Positions 42,618 to 51,488 of a stretch of 64,000 nt of DNA are shown here, one piece after another. This DNA is from an uncultured Clostridia bacterium (lineage in GTDB: Bacteria > Bacillota > Clostridia > Tissierellales > Sedimentibacteraceae), in assembly GCA_964371035.1 (NCBI GenBank), contig CAYJLG010000001.1:702-64701 (forward strand), read 5' to 3'. A program made the translations under genes and the position numbers. Under the pieces are notes generated by a model. The model made no database searches and was not told the origin of the DNA. It saw only the letters and a list, made by a program, of their open reading frames with translations. Position 1 is the first letter of the stretch, and each line of letters begins with the position of its first letter.

Positions 42618-43304
42618 ATGAAAAATTTTACTGAAAGACAGCATGCTTTTATATCTGCCACATTTTACAAACGAATGAAAGAGCAAAATTTTGCCAAATA
42701 TACAGATGTTTTTCGTATGGCAACACAAATATATGCTCAACAAAGAGGGAGTAGAATGGCTCAAAGAGCGCTTCGTGATGGTAAAGAACTTGACTTTGCT
42801 ACTTACCGCGCATATGGAGAGTGGAAATTAACCGAAGAAACACTAAATGAATTGAATACCAAAGTAAATATTGAAAATGAAAGTAATGATGCATGTATAA
42901 AAATTTGGGGATGTCCTTGGTCTACTCAGTTCAAAAATATGGGACTAGAAGACGGTGGTATTGCATATTGTGATGATTTAGATATTTCTATTGCAAGAGG
43001 TTTTAATCCCTATATTACTTTCGAGGTTAATCAAACTCAATATGGAGATAAAGAATTTTGTCTTCAATATCAACGTGACGCTAAATTTAAAAATAAAATA
43101 GAATCGCCCAAAGATTTACCATTGTCTTTTGAATATCACTGTGCACACATTTATTACACATTTTCACGTTTAGTAATATCAATATATAAAACTGCTGGCG
43201 TTAAATTATCTGCAGAAGTAATGTCAGATTTTGCAAATGAATATGGGAAAGAATCGGCTGATTTAATAATAAATTATAAAGACGTAGATTTTAATTATAT
43301 CTGA
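42618..43304 (+). CDS. Hypothetical protein, possibly ATC-hydrolase-like family
   Basis: 228 aa with conserved-looking Cys positions (WGCPW, AYCDD). The family assignment is from memory only. Confidence 0.35.
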   Translation: MKNFTERQHAFISATFYKRMKEQNFAKYTDVFRMATQIYAQQRGSRMAQRALRDGKELDFATYRAYGEWKLTEETLNELNTKVNIENESNDACIKIWGCPWSTQFKNMGLEDGGIAYCDDLDISIARGFNPYITFEVNQTQYGDKEFCLQYQRDAKFKNKIESPKDLPLSFEYHCAHIYYTFSRLVISIYKTAGVKLSAEVMSDFANEYGKESADLIINYKDVDFNYI

Positions 43305-43363
43305 TAATTAAACAATAAAAAACAAGGCTAAACTAAATAAAAAAGTTGCCTTGTTTTTTTAAA

Positions 43364-43660
43364 TTAAGCTTCTATTGCATCTTCTAAATCTTCTTCTGTG
43401 CAAGTTACAATATCATCTTCATTAAAGTTCATTTCTTTTTCTGCTATCAAATCTTCTATGTCTTCCTTAGTTTCCATAAGTTCTTCAAGCGAAAGTTCAG
43501 AAAAATCTTTAGTTCCTGAATCACAGTTGCAAATACCGTGTTTATTCAAAAAACTATTAACTTGTTTTTCATTTTTTTTATACATATAAAATCCTGCTGC
43601 ACTTACACCTAAGCCTATAGCTAAACCTTTAATAAATCCATTACTAAAAAAATTATTCAT
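43364..43660 (-). CDS. Small membrane protein with CNC motif and acidic tail (last gene of the ATPase operon)
   Basis: One Gly-rich TM (GLAIGLGVSAAGFY), HGICNCDSG, then a Glu/Asp-rich C-terminus. Starts 31 nt after the upstream gene ends. Confidence 0.4.
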   Translation of the reverse strand: MNNFFSNGFIKGLAIGLGVSAAGFYMYKKNEKQVNSFLNKHGICNCDSGTKDFSELSLEELMETKEDIEDLIAEKEMNFNEDDIVTCTEEDLEDAIEA

Positions 43661-43691
43661 TTTTCCTCCTAATATTATTATAATTTATATT

Positions 43692-44462
43692 TTATTTTTT
43701 ATTAAATAAACCTTGCTGTGTGCCTCTACTCATCAAATTCATTCTTTGATAATTGTTGATATATTTGTTGAAAAATTCTCCGAAGAAGTTTACTTTTCCA
43801 TGTTTAGGAACTTCTTTTAAAACGTAAACTTTATACTTTTTTTCTTGGTTTAAACAGTTTTCTTCTTTTATTTTAACTATTATACCATCTTCAACACTTG
43901 AAAACAAGTGTCTTCCAAAAACTAATATCCATACAAGTGGAGTAGAGTAGATAGTTTGGCCTTTTCCAATGGAATCTAAAAGATACATAATTGACATAAC
44001 TTCAGGATCAAAAGAACCTCTGTCAGAAAGTTCATGATACGCATGTTCAATAACAGCACCAGCAGTAGTTCCCACTGCACACCATTTTGTGATTGTTGCA
44101 ATGTAAGACGTTGGAATTGATAATTGAATCGCGGTATTAGTTATAATACCCAATAATGCTATAGTTCCACTTGGAGTTACTTTTTCTTCACCGTAATTTG
44201 TGCAATCTTTAATATGTACATTTTTAAGTTCGTTTTGCATACTATATAAAGTAGCGATTCTTGTGAGAACTTTATCTTTAGTTAATTCACTATCGAAAGT
44301 GACTAGGGCAGTTTTTATTACTTTGTTATAAGAAAACGTATAAATGCTTTCTTCACTACATATATATTTTTCTGCAGTTTTAATGTTAGAAATTCCATCT
44401 GGTAGGTGTAATCTCATTCTGTTAGGTAAAATATGTGTAATTTCTAAATCAATATGTTTCAT
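43692..44462 (-). CDS. HMA-like (GR-x-R type, here NRMRL) domain fused to a membrane region resembling the N-terminal TM pair of P1B ATPases
   Basis: HILPNRMRLHLP...ALVTFDS, then hydrophobic segments. HAYHELSDRGSFDPEVMSIMYLLDSIGKGQ parallels ATPase residues YKSALNGVVKDKMLNADFLTVTSIFASILLGQ. Its start abuts the ATPase stop. Confidence 0.5.
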   Translation of the reverse strand: MKHIDLEITHILPNRMRLHLPDGISNIKTAEKYICSEESIYTFSYNKVIKTALVTFDSELTKDKVLTRIATLYSMQNELKNVHIKDCTNYGEEKVTPSGTIALLGIITNTAIQLSIPTSYIATITKWCAVGTTAGAVIEHAYHELSDRGSFDPEVMSIMYLLDSIGKGQTIYSTPLVWILVFGRHLFSSVEDGIIVKIKEENCLNQEKKYKVYVLKEVPKHGKVNFFGEFFNKYINNYQRMNLMSRGTQQGLFNKK

Positions 44463-46658
44463 TTATTTATCATTCCTCCTTCCATATAAAAGCAATCTAC
44501 AAGAGTTACTAACAACCGCTATAGTACTCATATTATGAAGTACAGCACTCCAAAACACAGATATATTGCTTGCTGCTCCAAGCAAGAGTCCTAATGTGTT
44601 TATAGCTATAACAATACCGAAGTTTTGTCTTACAACTTTCATTGTATCATCAGCTAAAACTTTAACTTTAGAAATAAGCATAGGATCATTTCTATTAATT
44701 ATTACGTCTGAAGTTTCCATGGCCACATCAGTTGATTTACTTCCAAGTGAAATACCTACATCTGAGTAAGAAAGAGCCAAAGCATCATTAATCCCATCGC
44801 CAACCATAACAACATGATTTCCGTTAGCCTGAAGCTTTAAAACTTCTTCTGCTTTATGCTCAGGTAATAAGCCTGCTTTAAAAGAATCGACTCCGAGCTT
44901 TGATGCAATAAATTGAGCTTGTTCAGTACTATCACCTGTAAGCATAGATATTTCATTTACACCCTTGCTCCTAAGGCTATTTAGTGTTCTTCTCATATTC
45001 GCTCTAGGTTTATCCATGGCACAAATAACGCCAATAAGTTTATTGTCTTCACTTACGTAAATAGGAGTACCTAATTCAGGGCTGACTGATGCATTTTTAG
45101 GAATGCTAATTTTGTTTTCTAGCATATATCGTTTGCTACCAACTCTTATGCATTTGTCATTAACATATGTAATACTTCCTTTAGATACAACAGTCTCAAT
45201 TTCAGTATGTAACGGTATATCTGCACCAATTTTCATGCCATAATCAAGTATAGCAGAAGCTAATGGATGAGAAGAAGTTTCTTCAGCAGCACAAGCTAGA
45301 CCGATAACATCATTTTCACTATAAGACTTTTTTATGATTTTTACTGTAGTAATTTCAGGTTTACCTTCTGTCATTGTACCAGTCTTATCAAAGATAATAG
45401 TATTTGTTCTACTCATCATCTCTAATTTTGCTCCACCTTTTATTAGAATACCTTTTTTTACTGCTGCATTAATAGCTGCGGAAAATGCTGTAGCAGTTGA
45501 AAGTTTAATTCCGCAAGAATAGTCAATAACAAGCATCTTAAGTGCTTGATCTGTCTTTTTCGTAACTAAATATATAGTTAGAGCAGCTAAAAAATTAAGA
45601 GGTACTAGATAATTTGAAAATTGATCTGCATAATGCTGCATAGGAGCCTTTTTAGAATCAATATTTTCAACCATATCTATAATTCTTGAAACTACAGTGT
45701 CATCTCCAACTTTTTCTGCAATAACTGTAATTACACCACTTTTAATGAGCGTACCAGCTAGAACTTTATCACCTAACTTACATATAACTGGTAAAAATTC
45801 ACCTGTAGTCGAACTTTGATCCACTAAAGCTTGTCCAGAAACAACTGTTCCATCTACAGATATTTTTTCGCCTGTGTGTATAACAATTTTATCATCTATT
45901 TTTAATTCTTCTATTGGGCAGTGAATAAGTTCACCAGTTTCGCTAGTTTTCCATGCATAAGGTTCATCTAAGCTTAATAGATCTTTAATAGATTTTCTTG
46001 TTCTTTCTATAGTATGAGAAGTCATATATTCAGCGATATCAGACAACATGACAATAGTCAATGCAGAATAACTTTGACCTAATAAAATACTAGCAAATAT
46101 AGAAGTAACAGTTAAAAAATCAGCATTTAACATCTTATCTTTGACAACACCATTTAAAGCAGATTTATATAAATTGCTAGTTAATCCTAGCGCTACAAGC
46201 GAAGGAATAGTAGTAAATTTTCCAAGAATCGTACCTGGTATAAATCCAATATTAATAATACTTTTTAGTACAGTATTGCCTAAACCTATCGTTAATGCAG
46301 ATAATGCTAACCTTTTTAAAATTAAAGTAGAATCTATTTCTTCATTTTGAACATTTTTCAATTGAGAAGATGCCTGCTTTGTTTTGTCTTCAACATAAGC
46401 TTTTAAAGAGTAGGGTTCTAATACATAATTCAAAACATCTATCAAATTTTCAGTGCTATGTCTTTTTTCAATATGATATATTAATATAGTTTCTGTTATA
46501 GCATTAAAAGTAACTCCTGTAATAAAAGGGTTGTTACAAAGTTTCTTTCCTATTTCATTATAATCTGATTTTAAATATCTTAAACCTAAATATTTAAATC
46601 TAATTCTTCCATTTGTTTTATGTATCGTGACTGGTTTTAAAAACATGTTTTCATTCAT
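44463..46658 (-). CDS. Heavy-metal-type (P1B-like) P-type ATPase with a non-canonical TM metal motif
   Basis: TGE (TGEFLPV), DKTGTMT, MLTGDS, GDGINDA and HNMST..NSCRLL. VIDYSCGIKLSTATAF stands where CPx is expected. The N-terminal HMA-like domain has NGRIRFKY and no CxxC. Confidence 0.85.
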   Translation of the reverse strand: MNENMFLKPVTIHKTNGRIRFKYLGLRYLKSDYNEIGKKLCNNPFITGVTFNAITETILIYHIEKRHSTENLIDVLNYVLEPYSLKAYVEDKTKQASSQLKNVQNEEIDSTLILKRLALSALTIGLGNTVLKSIINIGFIPGTILGKFTTIPSLVALGLTSNLYKSALNGVVKDKMLNADFLTVTSIFASILLGQSYSALTIVMLSDIAEYMTSHTIERTRKSIKDLLSLDEPYAWKTSETGELIHCPIEELKIDDKIVIHTGEKISVDGTVVSGQALVDQSSTTGEFLPVICKLGDKVLAGTLIKSGVITVIAEKVGDDTVVSRIIDMVENIDSKKAPMQHYADQFSNYLVPLNFLAALTIYLVTKKTDQALKMLVIDYSCGIKLSTATAFSAAINAAVKKGILIKGGAKLEMMSRTNTIIFDKTGTMTEGKPEITTVKIIKKSYSENDVIGLACAAEETSSHPLASAILDYGMKIGADIPLHTEIETVVSKGSITYVNDKCIRVGSKRYMLENKISIPKNASVSPELGTPIYVSEDNKLIGVICAMDKPRANMRRTLNSLRSKGVNEISMLTGDSTEQAQFIASKLGVDSFKAGLLPEHKAEEVLKLQANGNHVVMVGDGINDALALSYSDVGISLGSKSTDVAMETSDVIINRNDPMLISKVKVLADDTMKVVRQNFGIVIAINTLGLLLGAASNISVFWSAVLHNMSTIAVVSNSCRLLLYGRRNDK

Positions 46659-46670
46659 TTATGTACCTCT

Positions 46671-47066
46671 TTAACTATGGAAAATAGATAATTTTTTCAA
46701 TATTTCCATAAAATAAGCTTCAATTTCATTTTGATTTTTTAAATTACGGTCCTTTAAATCGGGGACGCTATCTAATATAGTAGAAATTATTAACTCAATA
46801 GTATTCATAATAATTTTAGAGTCAGTAATCTTAGAGTTGTATAAAATTAAAATACTTCCAATTTCAGAATTTACTTGAACATCAGTAATCCCATTTAACA
46901 TTTTTAATGTATTAATTACAGAAGGTAAAAATATAGTTACTTCATTTTTAGGAATCATAGAATAATTTTTAACTCTAATTCTTAATCTTCCCGAGACGTC
47001 TGATTTTATTTCTGGTTTAAACAATTTTTTTATTGCAAACAATTCTATATTAATCATGGCCACCAC
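46671..47066 (-). CDS. Stand-alone Cys-less HMA-like domain protein (GRLRI type)
   Basis: 131 aa. SGRLRIRV ... VQVNSEIGSILILYNS. No Cys at all. Confidence 0.5.
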   Translation of the reverse strand: MVAMINIELFAIKKLFKPEIKSDVSGRLRIRVKNYSMIPKNEVTIFLPSVINTLKMLNGITDVQVNSEIGSILILYNSKITDSKIIMNTIELIISTILDSVPDLKDRNLKNQNEIEAYFMEILKKLSIFHS

Positions 47067-47067
47067 G

Positions 47068-47634
47068 CTATAATAGTTGTCTTATTCCCCAACGGCACAA
47101 TGTATATCCATCAGGTAAAATTCTTGGAACACGACAAATCCTACACAATCCAAACATTAATAAAATAATAGCAGTTATAGTTTTTATATCAAATAAAAAA
47201 CCTGTTTTAGATTTTACTGCTTCATTTAATGATTTCAAATAAGCTTTTATTTCTGTACCTATAATACTTTCACTATCATCATTTATAAATACGTCTAGAT
47301 TAAGTAATTTAATTGCAGCAGCTTGTAATAAATGTGGTTCAACCTCATTTTCATCATAACAAATCAATAAAGATCCAGTAATGAAATTTACAGATATCTC
47401 TTTAATACTATCAATTTTCACAAGATTAGAATATAATTCATTACATAAAGCTTCATTATTTTTTAATATTGGAATATTGAGTCGCATCCTTCCTTTAATT
47501 GCACTTTTAACTGTTACTATACCTTTAAAATCAGGTAATTTTGAAATGTTTTTATTAGCAACTTTTTTATCGCTTTTAGTTATGTTCATACAAATAAGAG
47601 CGATGATGCTTGCATTAAGAATATTTCCTATCAT
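47068..47634 (-). CDS. HMA-like domain protein (GRMRL type) with hydrophobic N- and C-terminal segments
   Basis: KGRMRLNI ... ISVNFITGSLLICYDE. C-terminal FDIKTITAIILLMFGLCRI. ATG at 47634 follows GGAGGA (the track TTG at 47646 lies in the RBS). Confidence 0.5.
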   Translation of the reverse strand: MIGNILNASIIALICMNITKSDKKVANKNISKLPDFKGIVTVKSAIKGRMRLNIPILKNNEALCNELYSNLVKIDSIKEISVNFITGSLLICYDENEVEPHLLQAAAIKLLNLDVFINDDSESIIGTEIKAYLKSLNEAVKSKTGFLFDIKTITAIILLMFGLCRICRVPRILPDGYTLCRWGIRQLL

Positions 47635-47852
47635 ATTATCCTCCAAAATTTCAATAAAACTCTTTTTTTATTTATACCCTTTATCATTCTTTTAAAACAA
47701 CTATAAAAATGTAAGAGAGTAGCACTATATTATTATTTATTATATTTTAACATAAAATGACAAAGTATGAAATAATAATCTTATTATAACTCAAAAAACT
47801 CAAGATATAATCTTAAGTTTTTGAGTTTATTATAAATTGTAAAACTGTTGTC

Positions 47853-48263
47853 TTAAGCTAATTTTTCACCATGTGTTGTACAAGCTGCTTTTGCATCATC
47901 ATCTGGGGATTCGTTAGCCATATACGTATCTAATGTCTTAGCTGTAGTTTCATCTTCCCAGTTTCTCATCCATTCTCCGTCTCCCCAACCATATGAGCCA
48001 AATAAAAGTACATTTTTATCGGCAAGACAATCTTTCACGTCATCCCACATAGGTTGAAACTCAGATTCCTCTAATACTTCTGCTCCCATAGAAGGGCAAC
48101 CAAAAGCAATAGAATCATAGTTTGCTACCATATCTTTTGTAAAATTTGCTGAAGTCATAACGTCAACTTCTGCACCTTTAGATTTTGCGCCTTCAGCTAT
48201 ACAGTTTGCCATTACCTCTGTATTTCCAGTTCCACTCCAATAAACTACTGCTACTTTACTCAT
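47853..48263 (-). CDS. Short-chain flavodoxin
   Basis: VVYWSGTGNTE FMN-phosphate loop. 136 aa. Confidence 0.9.
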   Translation of the reverse strand: MSKVAVVYWSGTGNTEVMANCIAEGAKSKGAEVDVMTSANFTKDMVANYDSIAFGCPSMGAEVLEESEFQPMWDDVKDCLADKNVLLFGSYGWGDGEWMRNWEDETTAKTLDTYMANESPDDDAKAACTTHGEKLA

Positions 48264-48308
48264 AAAAAATTCTCCTTTATTATTTGATATTAATATTTGT
48301 TTAATATA

Positions 48309-48863
48309 TCAAGCAACTACAGTTAGTTGCAATATATCTCTACCTTCAAGCCATAATTTCTTATAAACTGCTTTGCACTTATCATACTTAGCAAATTTTA
48401 TTAATGCTTCTTCTTCGTTACCATATACTTTCCAGTATCTACATAAATTACAGTTTTGTCCTTTGTTACAAATAAAACCCTCTACATCCTCTGGTGGATA
48501 ACCTAAAAATAAACCTATTTCATGAGGAAATTCATCGTATGTATTAAGTCTCTCTAAAAGTTTTTTAATTGATAAATCTACGTTTAAATCTTTATAACCA
48601 TATGATGATAGTATTTTCTTTGCTTTTAAATTATTCATGTCATTTTTAAGCATAGCATCTCTATACAAATATATAAGCGCATTATTATGATCAGTTTTTA
48701 ACAATTTTAGTTTGATACCTCTAGATGCAAACTTATTATTCCACATTAAAATATTAAAATTTAAATTTTCTAAACTATTAAATTTTACAGTAAACAAATT
48801 TGCTGTTTTTAATGAAGATAAGGTAAGTGCACAGTGTTCTATCAATAATTTTTCGCTAATCAT
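48309..48863 (-). CDS. DUF3793-like protein
   Basis: FPHEIGLFLGYPPEDVEGFI and YWKVYG match my recollection of DUF3793. ATG at 48863 follows GGAGG. Confidence 0.5.
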   Translation of the reverse strand: MISEKLLIEHCALTLSSLKTANLFTVKFNSLENLNFNILMWNNKFASRGIKLKLLKTDHNNALIYLYRDAMLKNDMNNLKAKKILSSYGYKDLNVDLSIKKLLERLNTYDEFPHEIGLFLGYPPEDVEGFICNKGQNCNLCRYWKVYGNEEEALIKFAKYDKCKAVYKKLWLEGRDILQLTVVA

Positions 48864-49039
48864 AACAACCTCCAAAATAATATAAATCAACATGAAAATT
48901 AAACAAAATAAAATAGTAAAACGCTAGTTGTTGCAAGCTAACTTTAAATGCAAAAATTAGTTGCCTATAGACAACTACGATTAGCTAAAGCTAACTATAT
49001 ATACTATACAAAAAAATTATTGCTTTGTCAAGATGAAAA

Positions 49040-49093
49040 TTTTAGTTTTTTACTTTTTCCTTGTTTACACCAGAAATCGACTGTGAGTAGTAA
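49040..49093. repeat. Partial copy (one arm) of the dispersed TIR repeat family
   Basis: TTTACACCAGAAATCGACTGTGAGTAGTAA is the reverse complement of 61020..61049 with one mismatch. A second TIR-like TTAACTGTGAATAACTA lies at 49108..49124. Confidence 0.6.
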
Positions 49094-49246
49094 CATTGAA
49101 GTTTCATTTAACTGTGAATAACTATGGTTTAAGCAACTTAAAATAATACTTTTTACACAATATTGAATTTTAATGTTGATTTATGATTAAATATGCTTTA
49201 TAATTTAGAAACAATGTATAAAATATAATATTTTGAGGTGAATTTT

Positions 49247-49621
49247 ATGAAAATGATAGAAAAAATGAATTTTAATCTTGATTCGAAATTTAATTATTTA
49301 GAAAAAATTACAGTTAAAGATACAGTAGATGGAAAAGAAGACTGGTTTAATCAAACTCTTTGCAAAGTTAATTCTTCAGTTATGCGTATAGGTGTATTTA
49401 ATGGTGAATTAGAAATGCATACTCACGAAGATGATGATGAACTATTTTTCGTACTAGAAGGCAACGTAGTGATAGAAAGTGAAAATGGCAATTTTGAATT
49501 AAGTACACATGAAGGTGTATGCATACCAAAAGGAGTAAAACATAGACCTACAGCTAAAGAACGTTCCATAGTTTTAATGGTAGAAAATGAAAGCAATGAT
49601 CCAAGAGGTGATAAAGCGTAA
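49247..49621 (+). CDS. Cupin-domain protein
   Basis: Cupin motif 1, ELEMHTHEDDDELFFVLEG, and a later HRP. Confidence 0.55.
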   Translation: MKMIEKMNFNLDSKFNYLEKITVKDTVDGKEDWFNQTLCKVNSSVMRIGVFNGELEMHTHEDDDELFFVLEGNVVIESENGNFELSTHEGVCIPKGVKHRPTAKERSIVLMVENESNDPRGDKA

Positions 49622-49705
49622 TAAACGAGATATTAAATCATAAAAATTTGACTAACAAACGTTTTAACAGTATAATATCAAAAAGCAACTTTAGGAGAAC
49701 GTATC

Positions 49706-50650
49706 ATGTTAGATGAAAAGAAAATTTCAAGACTTACTCTTATAGCAAGATTATATTATGAAGAATGTAAAAGTCAATATGAAATAGCAAAAATCATTGG
49801 AGTTTCTAGACCTATGATTTCAAAATTACTAGCAGAAGCTAGAGAAATAGGAATAGTAAAAATAACAATTAGTGAGTTAAAAAGTAAAAATCAAACTCTT
49901 TCAGAAAATTTAATAGATGCTTTTGGATTGAAAGACGCTTATATGTTTGATTGCAACATTCATGATTTTGCTACTTATAAATCAGAAATTTATAAAATTA
50001 CTCAAAAGTTACTTTCAAAATCTAATGAAATTAACTTAGGCATAGGTTGTGGTTCATCTCTTGGTATGATTTCAGAAGCGTTTGAAGATTCTTCGGATAA
50101 GTTAAAGAACAGCTTATTAAAAGGCAATATTTCGCCATTGATAGGTGGTTTTAAAGCGACATTTAGAAGTTATCACACAAATGAACTCGTGAGAAACCTG
50201 TCTGAAAACTTAGGTCTAAAAGCTAACTATTTGTATTTACCTGCTATGTTGTCGTCTAACGATGAAAAAGAGTTGTATATAAAATCTGATTCATATATGC
50301 AAATAAGGACGTTATGGCAAGAATTAGATGTTGCTTTAATAAATATTTCACCACTTTATGCACCTCCTGATTTAGCAACCTCACTAAGGTTTGGAAAAAG
50401 ATTGCAAATAGAAAAAGCAGTTGGCCGTTTTTTAGTGTATTATTACGATATAGAGGGTAATTTTATAGAACCTAATGCTGATAACATAATTCAAATAGAA
50501 TTAGCAGAATTGAAGAAAATTAAAAATGTAGTTGCTATTTGTTCAAATTCCGTTGATCCTGAATCAGTAATAGGGGCATTGCGTACAAATTGTTTTTCAA
50601 GTATAATTCTTAGCAGTAATTTAGCAGAGAAAATTATCAATTTGTTATAA
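49706..50650 (+). CDS. SorC/DeoR-type sugar-binding transcriptional regulator
   Basis: N-terminal HTH (SQYEIAKIIGVSRPMISKLLAEAREIGIV) followed by a SorC-like sugar-phosphate-binding domain. Confidence 0.8.
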   Translation: MLDEKKISRLTLIARLYYEECKSQYEIAKIIGVSRPMISKLLAEAREIGIVKITISELKSKNQTLSENLIDAFGLKDAYMFDCNIHDFATYKSEIYKITQKLLSKSNEINLGIGCGSSLGMISEAFEDSSDKLKNSLLKGNISPLIGGFKATFRSYHTNELVRNLSENLGLKANYLYLPAMLSSNDEKELYIKSDSYMQIRTLWQELDVALINISPLYAPPDLATSLRFGKRLQIEKAVGRFLVYYYDIEGNFIEPNADNIIQIELAELKKIKNVVAICSNSVDPESVIGALRTNCFSSIILSSNLAEKIINLL

Positions 50651-50672
50651 CCTTATAATTATAGTTTAACAT

Positions 50673-50727
50673 AAAAGAGCGTAGTTACAAATGTAACAAA
50701 TTTTGACTGTGCTCTTTTTATTTTTTT
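50673..50727 (+). terminator. Hairpin terminator after the SorC-type regulator gene, enclosing an operator-like palindrome
   Basis: AAAAGAGC ... GCTCTTTT followed by a T-run. The loop contains GTTACAAATGTAAC. Confidence 0.5.
50684..50697. promoter_or_regulatory. Palindromic operator candidate O1
   Basis: GTTACAAATGTAAC. Confidence 0.4.
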
Positions 50728-50760
50728 AATTTATAAATATTGATATTACTAACATTTTGC

Positions 50761-50789
50761 TTGACAGTTACTGTTGCATTTGTTAGAAT
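50761..50789 (+). promoter_or_regulatory. Sigma-A-type promoter of the dhaL-dhaK-aldolase operon
   Basis: TTGACA, 17-nt spacer (starts with the half-site GTTAC), TAGAAT. Confidence 0.6.
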
Positions 50790-50813
50790 TAAATGTAAAT
50801 TAAAATATCATTG

Positions 50814-50827
50814 GTTACATATGTAAC
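50814..50827. promoter_or_regulatory. Palindromic operator candidate O2
   Basis: Perfect 14-bp palindrome GTTACATATGTAAC, directly before the RBS of dhaL. Confidence 0.45.
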
Positions 50828-50839
50828 TTAGGAGGAAAT

Positions 50840-51460
50840 ATGTTGGATATTATAACTTTTTCTAAAATGATTTTATCTGGTGCAAATTTAGTAATTTCTG
50901 CTGAAAATGAACTTACTTCTATCGATGCGAAATTTGGTGATGCAGATCATGGAATTACAATGTCAAAAGTTATGAATAATGTAATTCAAACGACTCAAAC
51001 TGTTAACGAAAATACTAATTTTAATGATTTTTTAAATGATTTATCTATGACTGTAATGTCTATTAATGGAGGGTCAGCAGTTCCGCTTTGGAGTACTTTA
51101 CTAGAAGGAATGAGCGAGGGTGCGCCATCTAAAAATAAATTATCTTGCGAAGAATTCAAACAAATTTTCAAAAAAGGCTTAGAAGAATTATCTATTATTT
51201 CAAAGGCTAAATATGGAGACAAAACTATGATGGATGCCTTAATCCCTGCTGTAGAAGCAATTGAAAATTCAGATGGAGATTTCAGCGATATAATTAAAAA
51301 TGGAAGTGAAGCTGCAATTAATGGAGCAAAGGCAAGCGAAGGTTTTGTTTCAAAATTTGGCAGAGCAAAAAGTTACAAAGAACAGACAATAGGCACTGCT
51401 GATGCAGGTGCAGTATCAATGAAATATTTTTTTGTCGGAATGAGTAATGAATTAAACTAA
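50840..51460 (+). CDS. dhaL: Dihydroxyacetone-kinase L-type subunit (Dak2 domain)
   Basis: IDAKFGDADHG nucleotide/Mg site and GRAKSY near the C-terminus. Confidence 0.8.
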   Translation: MLDIITFSKMILSGANLVISAENELTSIDAKFGDADHGITMSKVMNNVIQTTQTVNENTNFNDFLNDLSMTVMSINGGSAVPLWSTLLEGMSEGAPSKNKLSCEEFKQIFKKGLEELSIISKAKYGDKTMMDALIPAVEAIENSDGDFSDIIKNGSEAAINGAKASEGFVSKFGRAKSYKEQTIGTADAGAVSMKYFFVGMSNELN

Positions 51461-51488
51461 TATAATAATAAAAGAAAGAGGTAGTTTT

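Noticed and set aside
48894-49039. Left-hand partner arm for the partial repeat copy at 49040..49093.
   Set aside because: No TTACTAYTCACAG-type sequence is visible upstream. This copy appears to be a solo arm.
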